Source of the DNA: Octopus bimaculoides
Taxonomy: Eukaryota
Assembly: GCF_001194135.2 (NCBI RefSeq)
Contig: NC_068984.1
Location: 58,933,640 to 58,997,639 of the forward strand
Direction of reading: 5' to 3'
Length of the DNA: 64,000 nucleotides
Shown here in pieces: positions 50,761-63,590 of the stretch. Every line of letters starts with the position of its first letter. Within the stretch, counting starts at the first letter, position 1. Made by a program: the position numbers and the translations under genes. The notes under the pieces are model-generated. The model worked only from the letters and a program-made list of their open reading frames with translations, had not been told where the DNA came from and ran no database searches.

Positions 50761-51051
50761 ATGCACCTTCGTTTTGGGATCATCAGTACTTTATTATCTC
50801 CTCTTCTTCCTAGCTCTCCTCTCAAACTATCTTTTCCCAACCAGTTGCCATGATTGACTGCTAAATCCACAAGTTTTTTATTTTCTCTCTGTTTATTTCC
50901 TCATATTCTTTTCTGTTGAAGAGCGTAAAAGACTTTCTTACTTTCCCAAGCATCAAACTAATACACCTGCTTGTTGTTCATACACCTGTCTTTGTCTTTT
51001 GTTTTTCTGTAAATTTCAACTAAATATATATATATATTTCAACTATATAGA

Positions 51052-51083
<32 letters not shown>

Positions 51084-51823
51084 TTTACTTTTGCCAGCTA
51101 AGAAGAATATGCTTCACCGAGGAAGTGCAACAAGACTGAAATATGTTAATGTCACTTGTTAGCTTTAAAAATTAGATTCACTCAAATTTCATTGTCTGCA
51201 CCGACCAAATATTTCAACCAATGATATTGTTGAAATTATTCCTCTGATTATTTTTTAGATTTTAAAAACTCCTCCAGGAAGGTTTTATCTGTCAATTGTT
51301 TTCTATTTACTATATTACATGTGTGAAACCCTATCATTTGAATATTATAGTGATGTTAGTGCCACTATACTTCTCAAAGGTATTATAAATATTACAACTG
51401 TTTTATTCTGAATATCAACTGGTGTTACTTTTAGATAAGAACTGCCATATTTCTCATTGTTAGTACAGTAATAACCATATCATAAACTATGTAGTGGTCT
51501 GTATATCTTTAGATTCTATTACAGTACACTACTGTGACTACTCATTTTTGCAACTCTACACATTATGTAACTTATGTGCTGACAACAATGTGTAAGTAAT
51601 TTTTTTTTATGCTGGTTCATCTATTGTACTTAAGGCACAACTCTTCTTCTCCATATCATTCTGGTATTATGTTTCGCAACCTTCATCTGATGAGCCAGCA
51701 AAGGATGTCATGTTAATAATGGTGCTTAACTTCATCAATATTACAATTAAAGATCTACCTCTTCAAACCTAATGCCACCTTAAATTGAAGACATCACATT
51801 TCAAGGTCTAAATGTTTGAAAAT

Positions 51824-51854
<31 letters not shown>

Positions 51855-53349
51855 ACACACACACACAAACAAACAAACAAAAATCAAAACCGGATATCTT
51901 TTATCATTTACTTGTTTCAGTCATTAGAGATTATACTCTGTCACACAGACACATACTACATGCTTGTATATAAATAACTTTCCCTGATTCCTTGCTCTTT
52001 GTCATATTTTATTCTTGTAGTCATGATTTAGATGAGAATATCTTTCATCTTATTCTGTTCACTCCACTAAAACATTACAACTTAAAGACAAGGTTGATAT
52101 TCACTCAATATTTTGGTCATTTTTTAGAACAATCAAAACAGTTAAAACCTACAACATGATACCTTCCCTCATTTGAAATTATCATATTATTTACCATACA
52201 TTTGAAAAAAATATTGTGCATGTTATTTTTAGATATGTTTTAATGTTTTTATTGTAATTGTAAGAATTCTTACTCCATTTTTATCTAACAAGTTCTATTA
52301 CCAACTTTCTATAATTGAACATTTTTAATTAAATAAAGATAATTATAGTACATTTCTACTGGAGTTTCTTTTCATCTGAATTCCATATTTTCATTGCTCT
52401 CAAATATATATTGACCCAAAGTAAAAGAAGGCATGCAACAACAATGCATAATATGATGACAAAAAGCAAATAAAGATTAATTTACTAATATAGTTAGATT
52501 GTATTGAATTCATGCAGATTGATTTTCTTTCTCTCTTTATTTTTAAAGAGAACAGTCTACATGAAAATTTACCTGCTTCAAATATAAAAGAGAAGAAATT
52601 GTATATAATTGCAAGTTGTATTGTTATTGTTGGTCTTTCTTTCTTTTTTTTTTTTTTCTTATAAGCATTTAATCTTAAATACCTTACCATCTGCAGGAGA
52701 TAAAGGATTACCTGCTGAACTTCATTAGAACATAATTTTTACAGATTAAAATTCTTAACATCAGAAATTGTTTCTATTTCAGGTATATCTAAAAACATGG
52801 GCAAGTGAACTGAAATTAATTGCAAGCATAATTTACATTTGTTTCCATAAAACTCTTTGCTCATTTAAGTTCTGATCAAATGCTACCTCACTGTACACCA
52901 AATCTTCACACACAAACTTATCTGAAAAAAATTTCTAGTGCTTTGTTGCTCATGCATCTAAAGTCACAAGGTAATGGAAACTATAAACAAAAATGATACT
53001 CATTTTTACTGTCTTCAATCATTTTACTTCTTAATATATTGTTCCGCAAATTCTTTATTGTCTTTGTAAAATGAAACTAAAAATAACATGCACAAAATGA
53101 AAATGGAACAGTTCTGATTTGAATATGGAAGTCTGACCCTGTTTGACACATTTTCCTGCTCATATCATGCATGTTGTGACTGCTTGCTGGACCTGTTACC
53201 TGCCATAGATTTAATGAAAAGATAACTGTGACAAAGCCACAACATTACTTTCCAACAGGCTGTGAACAACACAGCTGAAATCATCACATTTAAGAAAATT
53301 ACTAGGCTTTATATACTTATTCTTCATTTATGTACTTATTCTTCATACA

Positions 53350-53505
53350 TGCTGTAGTGGCTGCATGGTAAGAAGCTTGCTTCACAATCACATGGTTCTG
53401 GGTTCAGTCACACTGCATGGTACCTTGGGCGAGTGTCTTCTACTATAGCCTCAGGCTGATCAAAGCCTTGTGAGTGGATTTGGTAGACAGAAACTGTAAG
53501 AAGCA
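53350..53505 (+). mobile_element. tRNA-derived SINE head, interrupted by the RTE element
   Basis: GTGGCTGCATGGTAAGAAGCTTGC...GAGTGGATTTGGTAGACAGAAACTGTAAGAAGC abuts the (CAT)n RTE tail. Confidence 0.85.
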
Positions 53506-55910
53506 TCGTTGTCGTCATTATCATCATCATCATCATCATCATCATCATTATCATCATTATCATCATCATTGTTTAACGTCTGTTTTCCATGCTGGCTTGA
53601 GTTGGACAGTTCAACTGGGGTCTGGGAAGCCAGGAGGCTGCACCTATCTCCAATCTGATCTGGCAGTGTTTCTATGGCTGGAAGCCCTTCCTAATGCCAA
53701 CCACTGAGAAATGTAGTGGGTGCTTTTTACGTGCCACTGGCACAGGAGCCAGAGGGGGCTGGCATTGACCAGACTCGGATGGTGCTTTTACATGCCACCA
53801 GCATGGGAGCCAGTCAAGGTGGCACTAGCATTGGCCACGTTTAGATGGAGCTTTTTACGATCCACTGGTACAGGAGCCACTTGAGGTGAGGGAGTTAGCA
53901 TCGACCATGTTCGGAGGGTATTTTTTATGTGTCACCGGCACGGGGAGCCAGACAGGCAGTGCTGGCATCAGCCACAACTACAATTTCCATTTGATTGTGG
54001 TTTGATTTGATTTTGATGTTGATGTACTTGACTCAGTAGGTCTCCTCAAGCACGGCATGTCACCTTATGATCCAAAGGTACTTTTTTTAAGGGCTGGTCA
54101 TGCAACACTGGTGTAGGCTACACTTTATTTGCTGATCTCACTTTATTTGCTGATCTCACTTTATTTGCTGGATCTTCTCAGTCACAGCATATCTCCAGAG
54201 GTCTCAGTCTTTCGTTGTTGCCTCTGTGAGGCCCAACATTCGAAGGTTATGCTTCACCACCTCATCCCATGTCTTCTTGGATCTCCCTCCACCATGGGTT
54301 CCTTCCACTGTTTGGGAGTGGCACTTCTTCACACAGCTCTCCTCATCCATCCATAGTACATGACCATACCAATGCAAACGTCTCTCTTGCATGCCACATC
54401 TGATGCTTCTTATGTCCAACATTTCTCTCAAGCCACTTACACTCTATCATGTATGCACACTGACATTACACATCCAGCAGATCATGCTAACTTCATTTCT
54501 TTCAAGCCTATGCATGTCTTCAGCAGTCATGGCCCATGTTTAACTGCTGTGAAGCACAGCAGTTCACACACATGCATCGTGCAATCAACCTTTTGCTCTG
54601 AGCGAGAGGCCCTTTGTCACCAGTAGGGGGTAGAAGCTTTCTAAACTTTTCCCAGGCTATTCTTATTCTAGTGGTAACACTCTCTGAGCATCCACCCCCA
54701 CTACAGACGTGGTCACCTAGGTAGTGAAAGCTATCAACTACTTCTAGTTTCTTCTCCTAGCATGTGATGGAATCAGTGGTGTTTACTGCCCCTGGGCATC
54801 TGCCATACCCAAAAGCTATCATCTTGCTTAATCTTCCTTTGATGTTGCTGCACCTCTTAAGCATCCATAGCTTACACTGGGTACATCTTATGGAGTTTCT
54901 ACCTACATCTTTTCTACAGATTGAGCAGGGTCATCTACCTGAAGGGGTGTGTGATGTGTTCACCTTCCCCTACTTACTAGGACTTTGGTTTTTGCTAGGT
55001 TGACTCTAAGGCCCTTCAATTCTAATTTTTGCTTCCACACCTGAAATTTCTTCTCTAGTTCTGGTAGTGATTCTGCTATGAGGGCCGGGTCATCAGCATA
55101 GAGGAGCTCCCAGGGGCAGCCTTTCTTGAATTCCTCTGTTATTGCCTAGAGGACTATGATGAATAAGAGGGGGCTGAGGACTGATCCTTGGTGGACCCCT
55201 ACTTCTACCTGGAAATCTTCACTATACTCATTGCCAACCCTAACCTTACTAACGGCATCTCTGTATAGGGCCTGTACAGCCCTTATTAACTATATTTGTC
55301 AATCCCTAGTTTCCACATCGCCCAAAGGCTTTCTCCAAGTCCACCAAAGCCAAGTATAGGGGTTTATCTTTGGCTAGGTATTTCTCCTGCAGTTGCCATA
55401 CCAGGAATATAGCATAAGTGGTGCTTCTACCCTGTACAAAACTGAACTGCATCTCGTCTAAGCAGACTCTCTCCCTAATTAGTTAGGCTATGACCCTCCC
55501 CGTGACTTTCATCACCTGATCCAGCAGTTTGATACCCCTGTAGTTAGTTCTATCTAAAGCATCACCTTTACCCTTGTAGCAGTTGACTATGGTGCTACTA
55601 CACCACTCATTAGGTATGACTCCATCATGAACTACCTGGTTTACAATACGGGTGACTAGGCCATAACCCACACCACCAGATATTTTAAGCATCTCAGCAG
55701 TGATTCCTGATGGGCCGGGGGCTTTTCCTGGCTTCATACCTTTAATTGCTTTATCTACCAGGGTGCTGTCTATTTGGATAGATGGTCCCTCTACTAGGTC
55801 AACATTTGGCAAGCTCTCCTCCTCCCATTCATTCTCCACATTCAGCAGCCTTTCATAATGGCTTCTCCAAGCCTCTTTCTTTTTAGAATCATTAAAAGCA
55901 AGTGCACCAT
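53506..55910 (-). mobile_element. ~2.4-kb 5'-truncated, decayed RTE-clade LINE with reverse transcriptase
   Basis: KAPGPSGITAEMLK, NYRGIKLL, DLEKAF, HQGSVLSP-like motif and LLYADD (55089-55106); many stops and frameshifts; tandem ~62-68-bp 3' UTR units at 53715-53985; (CAT)n tail. Confidence 0.95.
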
Positions 55911-55937
55911 CATCCACGTGGACACATTTCTTGTATG

Positions 55938-55977
<40 letters not shown>

Positions 55978-56944
55978 CATAGAAAAACATGTAATTGTTA
56001 CCAATATAGCAAGAGATTTCACCGCAAAAAAAGTCTAAAGTAGACTCCTTAAGGATCGTTCTCCTTGGTTATATATCCAAAGTTTTAACTTTAAAAGAGA
56101 GTTTTGATGCTAATATCCATTATTATTGAAATTTATTCCTATGTCAACATTTCTGTATAAGGCTATATTTGACTGTCAAATTTAAGTCAAACATATAATT
56201 TGCCTTACACATCTTCAGGGAAATAAATTTAAGAACAAACAAAAAACAAAAAAATCAAGAACAAGAGGTAAATACCAAGACATCTCTGAGTTCCGTCCAT
56301 ATTCAAATTTGTCGTTAAATGACTTGTTATTGTGAAGAGGAGAGCAGCTCTAACATTGTTCTTTTTCAAGCCTTCTTAGCCCTGGTAAATTGGAGCAGGT
56401 AGAGTTAATGCATTTAATGTCCAGTTTGAATACTTACTGTTGTTAATTACACTAGAGAACTGCTCCCACTTATTCCAGGTCTTACTCTGCCCCATAAGAA
56501 AAAAAAAATGTCTGCTGCCTGATTTGTAGTCAACATTCTCCAACTACTTTTTCATTTTCTATGCCTGTTTTTCTACTCCTCATAACAACAATTTCTGCTC
56601 CATTCAGCATGCTGTTTATATACTAGCTAAACCTTATGATTACATTCATTTATTCCTTTTCTGTTATTATACACAAGATTCTGTCTTTTTATTCTTTTAC
56701 TAGTTTCATTCATTAGGCTGCAGTTATGCTGGGGTAACCACTTTAAAGGGTTTTAATCAGTCATTTTAATGCCAAAATTCAGTTGTTCTTTTTTTGTATT
56801 GTTTTTTTTCTGGTACTTATTTTAGCAATTTCTATTTATTGCACCATTAAGTTATGGAACACAAATGTGCATTATTTTTTGTTTTCAAGCTGTATCAAAT
56901 CTAAAGAGAAACATAGAAAGATATCACACATTTGTTTAAAAAAG

Positions 56945-57430
56945 CTGGCACTCTGTTGATAAGGGTTCCAGTTGATCCAGTCAACAGAACAGCCTGCTCG
57001 TGAAATTAACATGCAAGTTATGCTTAACCCTAACATTGTTCTCTGGGAGATTCAATGTGACACAGAATGTGACAAGGCTGGCTCTTTGAAGTACAGGTAC
57101 TACACATTTTTGATAGCTGAGTGGACTGGAGCAATATGAACTAAAGTGTCTTGCTCAAAGACACAATATGCCATTGGGAATCGAACTCACAACCTTACAA
57201 TGATAAGCTAAATACCCTAATAGCTGAGCCACATACCTTCACACACACAAGCACACACACACAAACTCACACACACAAACTCACACACATATATAACTGG
57301 CTTCCACAACATTTCCATCTTCCAATTCCACCCAAAGGCATTGGTCGACTTGAGACTGGAAGACACTTGCTCAAGATATCATGACTGAACCCGAAACCTT
57401 GTGGTGTGACCTAAACTTCACAGTTACATA
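56945..57430 (-). mobile_element. Two SINE fragments (CORE-like and common type)
   Basis: GCTGAGTGGACTGGAGCAA...AAGTGTCTTGCTCAAAGACAC...GAATCGAACTCAC at ~57115-57190; TTTCCATCTTCCAATTCCACCCAAAGGC at ~57310. Confidence 0.7.
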
Positions 57431-60353
57431 GTTACCTGTGTCTATATGCTAGACATTTTTTCCAATCATTCCTCTCCAGAGACATAACAACTGAACTTTA
57501 TGTTTCCACTCAATCAGTAAAGTGTAAAAACTTTCAAGCAAATAAAGGAACTGCTATATAGCTAGTCAAAGTGCAAGAAATAGCAGCCATATCTCCCCCA
57601 GATCATATCCTACTATTTTAAAATAGTCAGTAGCTAAAATTACATTGGATAAAGTTGTCCTAGATACAGTCTGTTCAAAAAAAATAAAGACACGCTATTC
57701 ATAGCTGGGACACTTCTTATCATAGATCTGCTCAGTCATAGATGACCTGGGGCTAAACAACAATTCAAATGAGACATTAACTGCATTTACCCCACTTACT
57801 CCTATTCCTCAGATAAAGAAAGCTTGAAAAAGAAATTAGTGCTGCCCTCCTATTGTCAACTAACAAATAATAATAAAAATAATAATTAAATCAATAATTA
57901 TTTGGTTGCACCGTTATTCAATACTTTCACTGAAATGAGACCTGAAGGTCAACAAAATTATTTGTTAACACTTGATAGAAATAGGCATTATATAAACTGC
58001 TTTATTCTGGAAATTTCCACCAAATCTATTGCCACACGTTTATTGCTTCTCTATTGATTTTATCCAATAATTGTTTCTATAGAAACAAAACCACTTTTGA
58101 CAAACCTACATGGAAATGTTTCCCCACAGTACATAATGTTTATTGAACCAGAGTAGAAATGTGAAAAACAAAATATGAGATGCTCTTCACGCTTTTCTCT
58201 ACAACAATAGAATCTAACACTACATTTCTGTGTGAAAGAGACACATATTGGTAGAAATAAATTCAATACTACACCTTTGAATATTTCCATCTTTTCATTC
58301 CACACACACACACTCACACACACAATTTTAATACATCCGGTTCTACATTAGAATGAATCCATAAGTAATAAAACATAATCATTTTAAAAAATAAACACAA
58401 ATGAGATCAAATTTCATACAAAATATGAATTTTTCTTTTAAATTTTACTGGAAAGAATGTGTAGGCAGAAACTTCCTCACCAATTTGACAACTTATCCTA
58501 GAATGTCATTATTTATATTTTACTATAATGGAGTTTGCATGTGGCCAGAAAACTGTTGCTGCTGCTACAACTACTACTGCTGCTGTTTGTATATCAAGTA
58601 TGTGTGGGTGGACAGTGATGCAGAAAATTTCTACTACAACTAATGCTAATCCTCAAATGTATCAATCTGGCTAAAGTATTTTGTAATTGCTGTTATTTTT
58701 CCTGATTTTAATTCCTGGCTGAAGCCATTTCATTTCACTTACATTAGAAAATGCAATAGCATCACATCTTCCCATTTGCTTCCTCAAAATGATTAAAGTT
58801 TATTTTTTATTCCTACTGTTCCTAAACAATATATTCACAGGTTTGAATGTCAGTAACTTACTTAACTAAATAACTTCACTTTGTAGGAAAAATAAGATTA
58901 TCTATCAGTTTTTTGTAAAGAGGAATATCAAAACAGATCATGATCATATGACAACACTAAGTAAAAAATGTTAGATTGCAATATGATTTTATTGATATGA
59001 TTCTTAATTCCCTATTTTAGTTTATTGTAGATGTAACAATAAAAAAAGTTTCAACTTCACTATTTATTAGTGTATTCTCCTAAATCCTTGTATACTGTCA
59101 AGAGATTTTTCCCTTGCAGTACATGAAATCATTAATAAATTAACATAATATATTAGTTGTTTACCTCATTATAATGTAACAACACAAGACAGAAATTATT
59201 TCTCATTTAAAAATAATGTCTTTTATTCCAAACTTATTTCAGGAAAATGCATTTGAGGAAAATTTGAATTAAATAGTAAAAAGACAGTAACATAAAGATA
59301 TTTTGAACAAGGATATTTTATAGAAGAAATGATGAAAGGAGAAATTACCAAAGTCTGCTCATAAATATTTGCTCAGTATTTAAGCCTATTTGACTCATGA
59401 TTTTGTGTTAGACACTTATGCAGTCACACAGTTTCAGTGACTTATATATCTTATACAAGTGAAAGAAAGTCAAATATCACATTTCTGTATTTTTTTTCAA
59501 TAAGAATTTATAGCTAGAAATAAATATACATCAATTGCTGATTGGCCCTATTGATTTTATGGGATCGGAAATAAGTGAAGTGAAATTATTCCAACTTGAA
59601 ATCAAAAGCAGGTGTCCAGTAGTTTAGTTACTTCATTTTCCATAGCAGCTTAGTCAAGCTTATGCTAATATTTCTTTCTTTTTCTCACTATCTTATAACG
59701 ATTGAGAATTTGCTGGTTGATGAATATATCTATGCGGTTGTGAGTGTGTACATATTCAGTTTTGTCAGTAACTAAGAATCTAGTGTAGATAACAATTTCA
59801 TCAAATTCCCTAACATATTCAGCACAGAATCTGTGTCTCTATTTTTTTTCTTTTTCTTTTTTTTTTAGTGTATTTATGTTTCTTTGATAGTGTCAGGTTA
59901 GAATTATTGGTTATGTGCTGCAGATATGTCATTCAGCTTCTGACTGCTCAACCACAGCTGTGTGCTTTTAATGTTTCAGTTTGGTTTATTTATTCTTTGT
60001 AGCTACTTATCACACAGACATTTATTTCTCTTTTCACACCTCAATTTTTGTTGGATATTTCTCTTTGCATCACAGTTTTGCCTTTGCTGTGTTTTAATGA
60101 TTTGTTTGTTTTTCCCCTCTTTTACCTATCTCAGTTTTTAGTACCACCTCTAGTTCTGCTCTTTAAATCATACTTCTTTCTTTTTTTTTTTGTAAATGTA
60201 ATAGGGCCTCTTTTTTTAATGTATTTGTGTCATTTAATGTGGTCACTGTTTTTTTTACCTTTGAGATATATATCCATTCCATTTATGATAACTTTTTTAA
60301 TACCTACTTTCTACTTTCACTGTTGCTGCAACCAAAGTGTCTTTGTATGTATG

Positions 60354-60388
<35 letters not shown>

Positions 60389-60932
60389 NNNNNNNNNNNN
60401 NNNNNNNNNNNNNNNNNNNNNNNNNNNNNNNNNNNNNNNNNNNNNNNNNNNNNNNNNNNNNNNNNNNNNNNNNNNNNNNNNNNNNNNNNNNNNNNNNNNN
60501 NNNNNNNNNNNNNNNNNNNNNNNNNNNNNNNNNNNNNNNNNNNNNNNNNNNNNNNNNNNNNNNNNNNNNNNNNNNNNNNNNNNNNNNNNNNNNNNNNNNN
60601 NNNNNNNNNNNNNNNNNNNNNNNNNNNNNNNNNNNNNNNNNNNNNNNNNNNNNNNNNNNNNNNNNNNNNNNNNNNNNNNNNNNNNNNNNNNNNNNNNNNN
60701 NNNNNNNNNNNNNNNNNNNNNNNNNNNNNNNNNNNNNNNNNNNNNNNNNNNNNNNNNNNNNNNNNNNNNNNNNNNNNNNNNNNNNNNNNNNNNNNNNNNN
60801 NNNNNNNNNNNNNNNNNNNNNNNNNNNNNNNNNNNNNNNNNNNNNNNNNNNNNNNNNNNNNNNNNNNNNNNNNNNNNNNNNNNNNNNNNNNNNNNNNNNN
60901 NNNNNNNNNNNNNNNNNNNNNNNNNNNNNNNN

Positions 60933-61165
60933 AAGACACCATTTCGAGCGTGGCCGTTTTCGTGCGGGTGACACGTAAAAGCACCCACTACACTCTCTGA
61001 GTGGTTGGCGTTAGGAAGGGCCTCCAGCAGTAGAAACTCTGCCAAATTAGATTGGAGCCAGGTGTTGCCATCCGGTTTCACCAGTCCTCAGTCAAATCGT
61101 CCAACCCATGCTAGCATGGAAAGTGGACGTTAAACGATGATGATGATGATGATGATGATGATGAT
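60933..61165 (+). mobile_element. Young RTE LINE 3' end, third copy (5' part in N-gap)
   Basis: About 6 differences from the 18.7-18.9 kb copy over ~200 nt by manual comparison; (GAT)n tail. Confidence 0.95.
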
Positions 61166-62637
61166 ATATAGTGATTGTGGTGGTGTATCTAGTGAGGCTA
61201 TTGTTACTTGTCTAAATTATCTGGGTATTTTTAATTTATTTACTTTTCTAAGAGTGACTTTAGGGTTTCAGTGAATGCATAAAGTTCTGAAATTCATAGA
61301 AACATAACTTAATATTATACTGTTTCTTGTTTTATCAACATCTAAAATATATTTACTATATGTTCATTTAAAATGATCATGGATTTTATTTGAAATGTTA
61401 CTGGAGACATCATTCAACCAACTAACCAATATCTATATATATCAGCTATTATTATTATGTAGAATTATATATGGATGTTTGTCAATTTCATCAATAAGTG
61501 TTTCAGTTGCTCACTCAACTGAACTACCTACTCTCATTGAATTGACATATAAACGACTGAGTATTCCACAGATGCATGCACACGTAACATAAGCCCCAGG
61601 TAAAATCAGCATGACAGGGCAGTGTGTGATTAGGCTGATCTTTCATCTGACAGACTTCTACACAGTTTCTGTCAACCTAATTTCACTTTTAAAGCTTCAC
61701 CCAAAACAATGGTAAAATATACTGGGTTCAAATTTTGGCACAAGGCCAGCAATTTTGGGGGTGGGGTGGAGAGTCAGTTACATGGAGTCCAATGTTCAAC
61801 TGGTACTTACTTTATCAAACTTGAAATGATGAAAGGCAAAGTCGACTATTGTAAAAATATATTGGTCCATTATGCCAAACAATGGGATCAAACTTTGGAT
61901 CTGATTCCAAAGAGAAATTCTTATCCATTCAACCATTGCTGCATTCATAAGGAATGTGTACACATTTGTAAATATCTTGTGCTTGCATATGGGGACATTA
62001 GTGCTTATACAGATGCTTTAATTTTCAATTAATATAGTAAACTGTGTGTATATGTGAAAGATACCACTTTTAAACTATAATATGAAATGAGTTCCAAATC
62101 ATTTATAATATTTCTGGTATTAAATTCTAATTTATCTCAAACCAAAGTACCTACATGAAGTAAACCTGATAAACATTCTTCAATTTTAAATATTAACAAG
62201 AAATTTACAACTAATATTGCTCCACTTCAGTTTTTATATATCATTTCTTGTAAAGTATAGTGTTATCATACTGATGCTTATTGACTCAAAACTAGACTGA
62301 TTTGTGCATAATATTTGTTTCCTAACTGATATTGCTCTTATTCTAATCTCTAACAATTTTATTCTCTTTATAATCTGCAATGCCTACTATTATAAAGCCA
62401 TATTTGTTTACTAGTCATGACACTAGCCTTGCAGTTATCAGGAAACAATCTCCATTTAATTGTCAGTAGCCTTATTAAGTGATCAGATTTTATTCTGCAA
62501 TACAAGGATTAAAATTCATGTTCTAATTTTTATTGTTAACAGTAAGACGTTTAATTTTATCATACCTACTTGGGTAGGCTGAAATCCATTTACATTTTGT
62601 GCTACATTGCATATGCATGGGCTTTTATTTGTTCCAG

Positions 62638-62718
62638 TTATACATTGTTTGGTCCTCAGATCTTGTTCAGCTGATATGGTGACTGTTGTATTTATGACAG
62701 GCAAGGAGGGAAAAATAG
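62638..62718 (+). CDS. Possible 81-nt internal exon (phase 1 to 1; IHCLVLRSCSADMVTVVFMTGKEGKI), product unknown
   Basis: CTTTTATTTGTTCCAG acceptor, AG|GTATTT donor, length a multiple of 3, only one open frame, raised GC. Confidence 0.35.
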
Positions 62719-63590
62719 GTATTTAATAAATGTTGAAAATTTCTTTTGTATGTAGGGTTAGATATGTCAGAGACAACTTTATTGTATCTGTCTCCAAATA
62801 GATGTTGTCCCTTAAACTAAAAAGAATTAAATCAAAAAAGTTTTCACCAGTTAAGTTTTTAATTAATAAATTTTTAATTGCTGCTGATTTTTTGTGGGTT
62901 TTTTTTTTTTTTTTTTTTTGCTGCAGTAGTATACAATATTTCCAGGGATATTTTCCTTTCAGTTAACAGTTCATAATACTTAAGATGTTTTAGCTGAACC
63001 TGAAATGTTTCAAGAAATGGTAGTGGTTCTTAAGAATCATCAAACATTAACTGCAAGAGAGAAAACTAGAATGTTATAGTATTGTACTTAAATTATTAGA
63101 GTAGCGTTATCCATATCACTTGATTGTTGTTAACAAGGATAGAAATTGATTTTAGAAGGTATGAGATGAAGCAATTATGCTCCATCTAATCTAGGAGAGA
63201 AAAAGAGAGATGGTGGGGAGAACAGTCAGACAAACTGAATGAGATGTGGAATAAAAGTCCTACTAAATTTAACAGTGCAATATTAATGGTACTTAGGTAT
63301 GGCTAAAGAAGAACTGAGAGATAATTTATTGGACATAAAACTTTACTTTATCATCTGTAAAGGTCAATTCTTTGTCAGATGTCATAAAATATAAATCTTA
63401 TAATTAGAGCAAAAGAATACTTCCTAGGTCTGACTGGCACAGTGATTCTCATCAATCTGGCTTTTGGGGGTTCATACAGGATTTTGTTGTTAAATTTTAT
63501 GTGCAATAAATTGCTTATACTTATACACAAAATATTTTTTATTTTTTTATATAATTCCTAATAATATTCAATTATAAACATACAGTAGGA

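Noticed and set aside
51670-51705. CTGATGAG and an overlapping GTTTCG suggesting a hammerhead
   Set aside because: Neither strand has both core halves with a valid cleavage triplet and stem I.
58516-58670. 48-aa ORF MEFACGQKTVAAATTTT
   Set aside because: Driven by a GCT/ACT trinucleotide tract; no supporting signals.
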